Below, piece after piece: positions 63,601 through 64,000 of a stretch of DNA of 64,000 nt; the first letter of the stretch is position 1, and the number at the start of each line of letters is the position of its first letter. The notes under the pieces are model-generated. The model saw nothing but the letters and a program-made list of their open reading frames with translations, was not told the origin of the DNA and did no database searches. The DNA is from Chara braunii (Eukaryota; Plantae; Charophyceae). The DNA is taken from NCBI GenBank assembly GCA_003427395.1, contig BFEA01000025.1:709676-773675 (forward strand), read 5' to 3'. The position numbers and the translations under genes were made by a program.

Positions 63601-64000
63601 ACAGGTGGCGATTCTGGCAATCCATCCTGAATAGGGGAGATTCTGCCTTTAGTCTACCTTTGCTTCGACACTGGCTTAGAGGTAGGCCTGGACTTGGTTG
63701 GCAGATAACTTTGAGTGAGAATGTGCTATGGAGGTTCATCCCCCATGTGCTGATGATTTAGTTTGGGCGTTGACCTGTCTCATGGTACAGGCCTTTCTTG
63801 GACATTCGATTCAAGATTTGGGATAGCGTCAGCTTGATCCTATAAGGATCGTCTTCTGTTATCACTGATAACAGGTCGGTTGCCGATTCGTCGGTTTACG
63901 ACTCAATTCCAACTCACTCTTCATACCCAACCTAAAAGGCTTTAGCCCTGGTGACTTTATTGTTTGTTGAGGGTTTCACCTGAACTTTTATTGAATGGTC

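Overview
Eukaryotic, repeat-dominated draft-assembly window with five N gaps and one Nextera junction-adapter artefact. The plant-type U2 sequence and the retroelement repertoire suggest a streptophyte, possibly a Chara-like alga (inference, not checked). There is only one candidate host gene: a 730-codon low-complexity ORF at 966-3158 with a tail-anchor-like C-terminus. Most of 16.5-50 kb is one nested stack of retroelements resolvable by target-site duplications (TSDs). A minus-strand L1/Tx1-like LINE ('LINE-B', ~16492-49861) has a putative 5' end abutting nt 1-37 of U2 snRNA. A second, divergent plus-strand LINE ('LINE-A', 16575-39532, 14-bp TSD) is inserted tail-to-tail at the edge of a 62-nt 3' motif that both LINEs share. 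LINE-A contains two copies of one chromodomain Ty3/Gypsy family (one full length with a 5-bp TSD, one truncated) and an AT-rich insert. LINE-B contains a foldback element with an 8-bp TSD. Also present are two poly(A)-tailed U2 5' fragments in a tandem repeat, a Mutator-like MITE, a third LINE RT fragment, a Gypsy-integrase element with no visible RT, and an array of nine small hairpins sharing a TAAGAT loop. All retroelement ORFs are disrupted.
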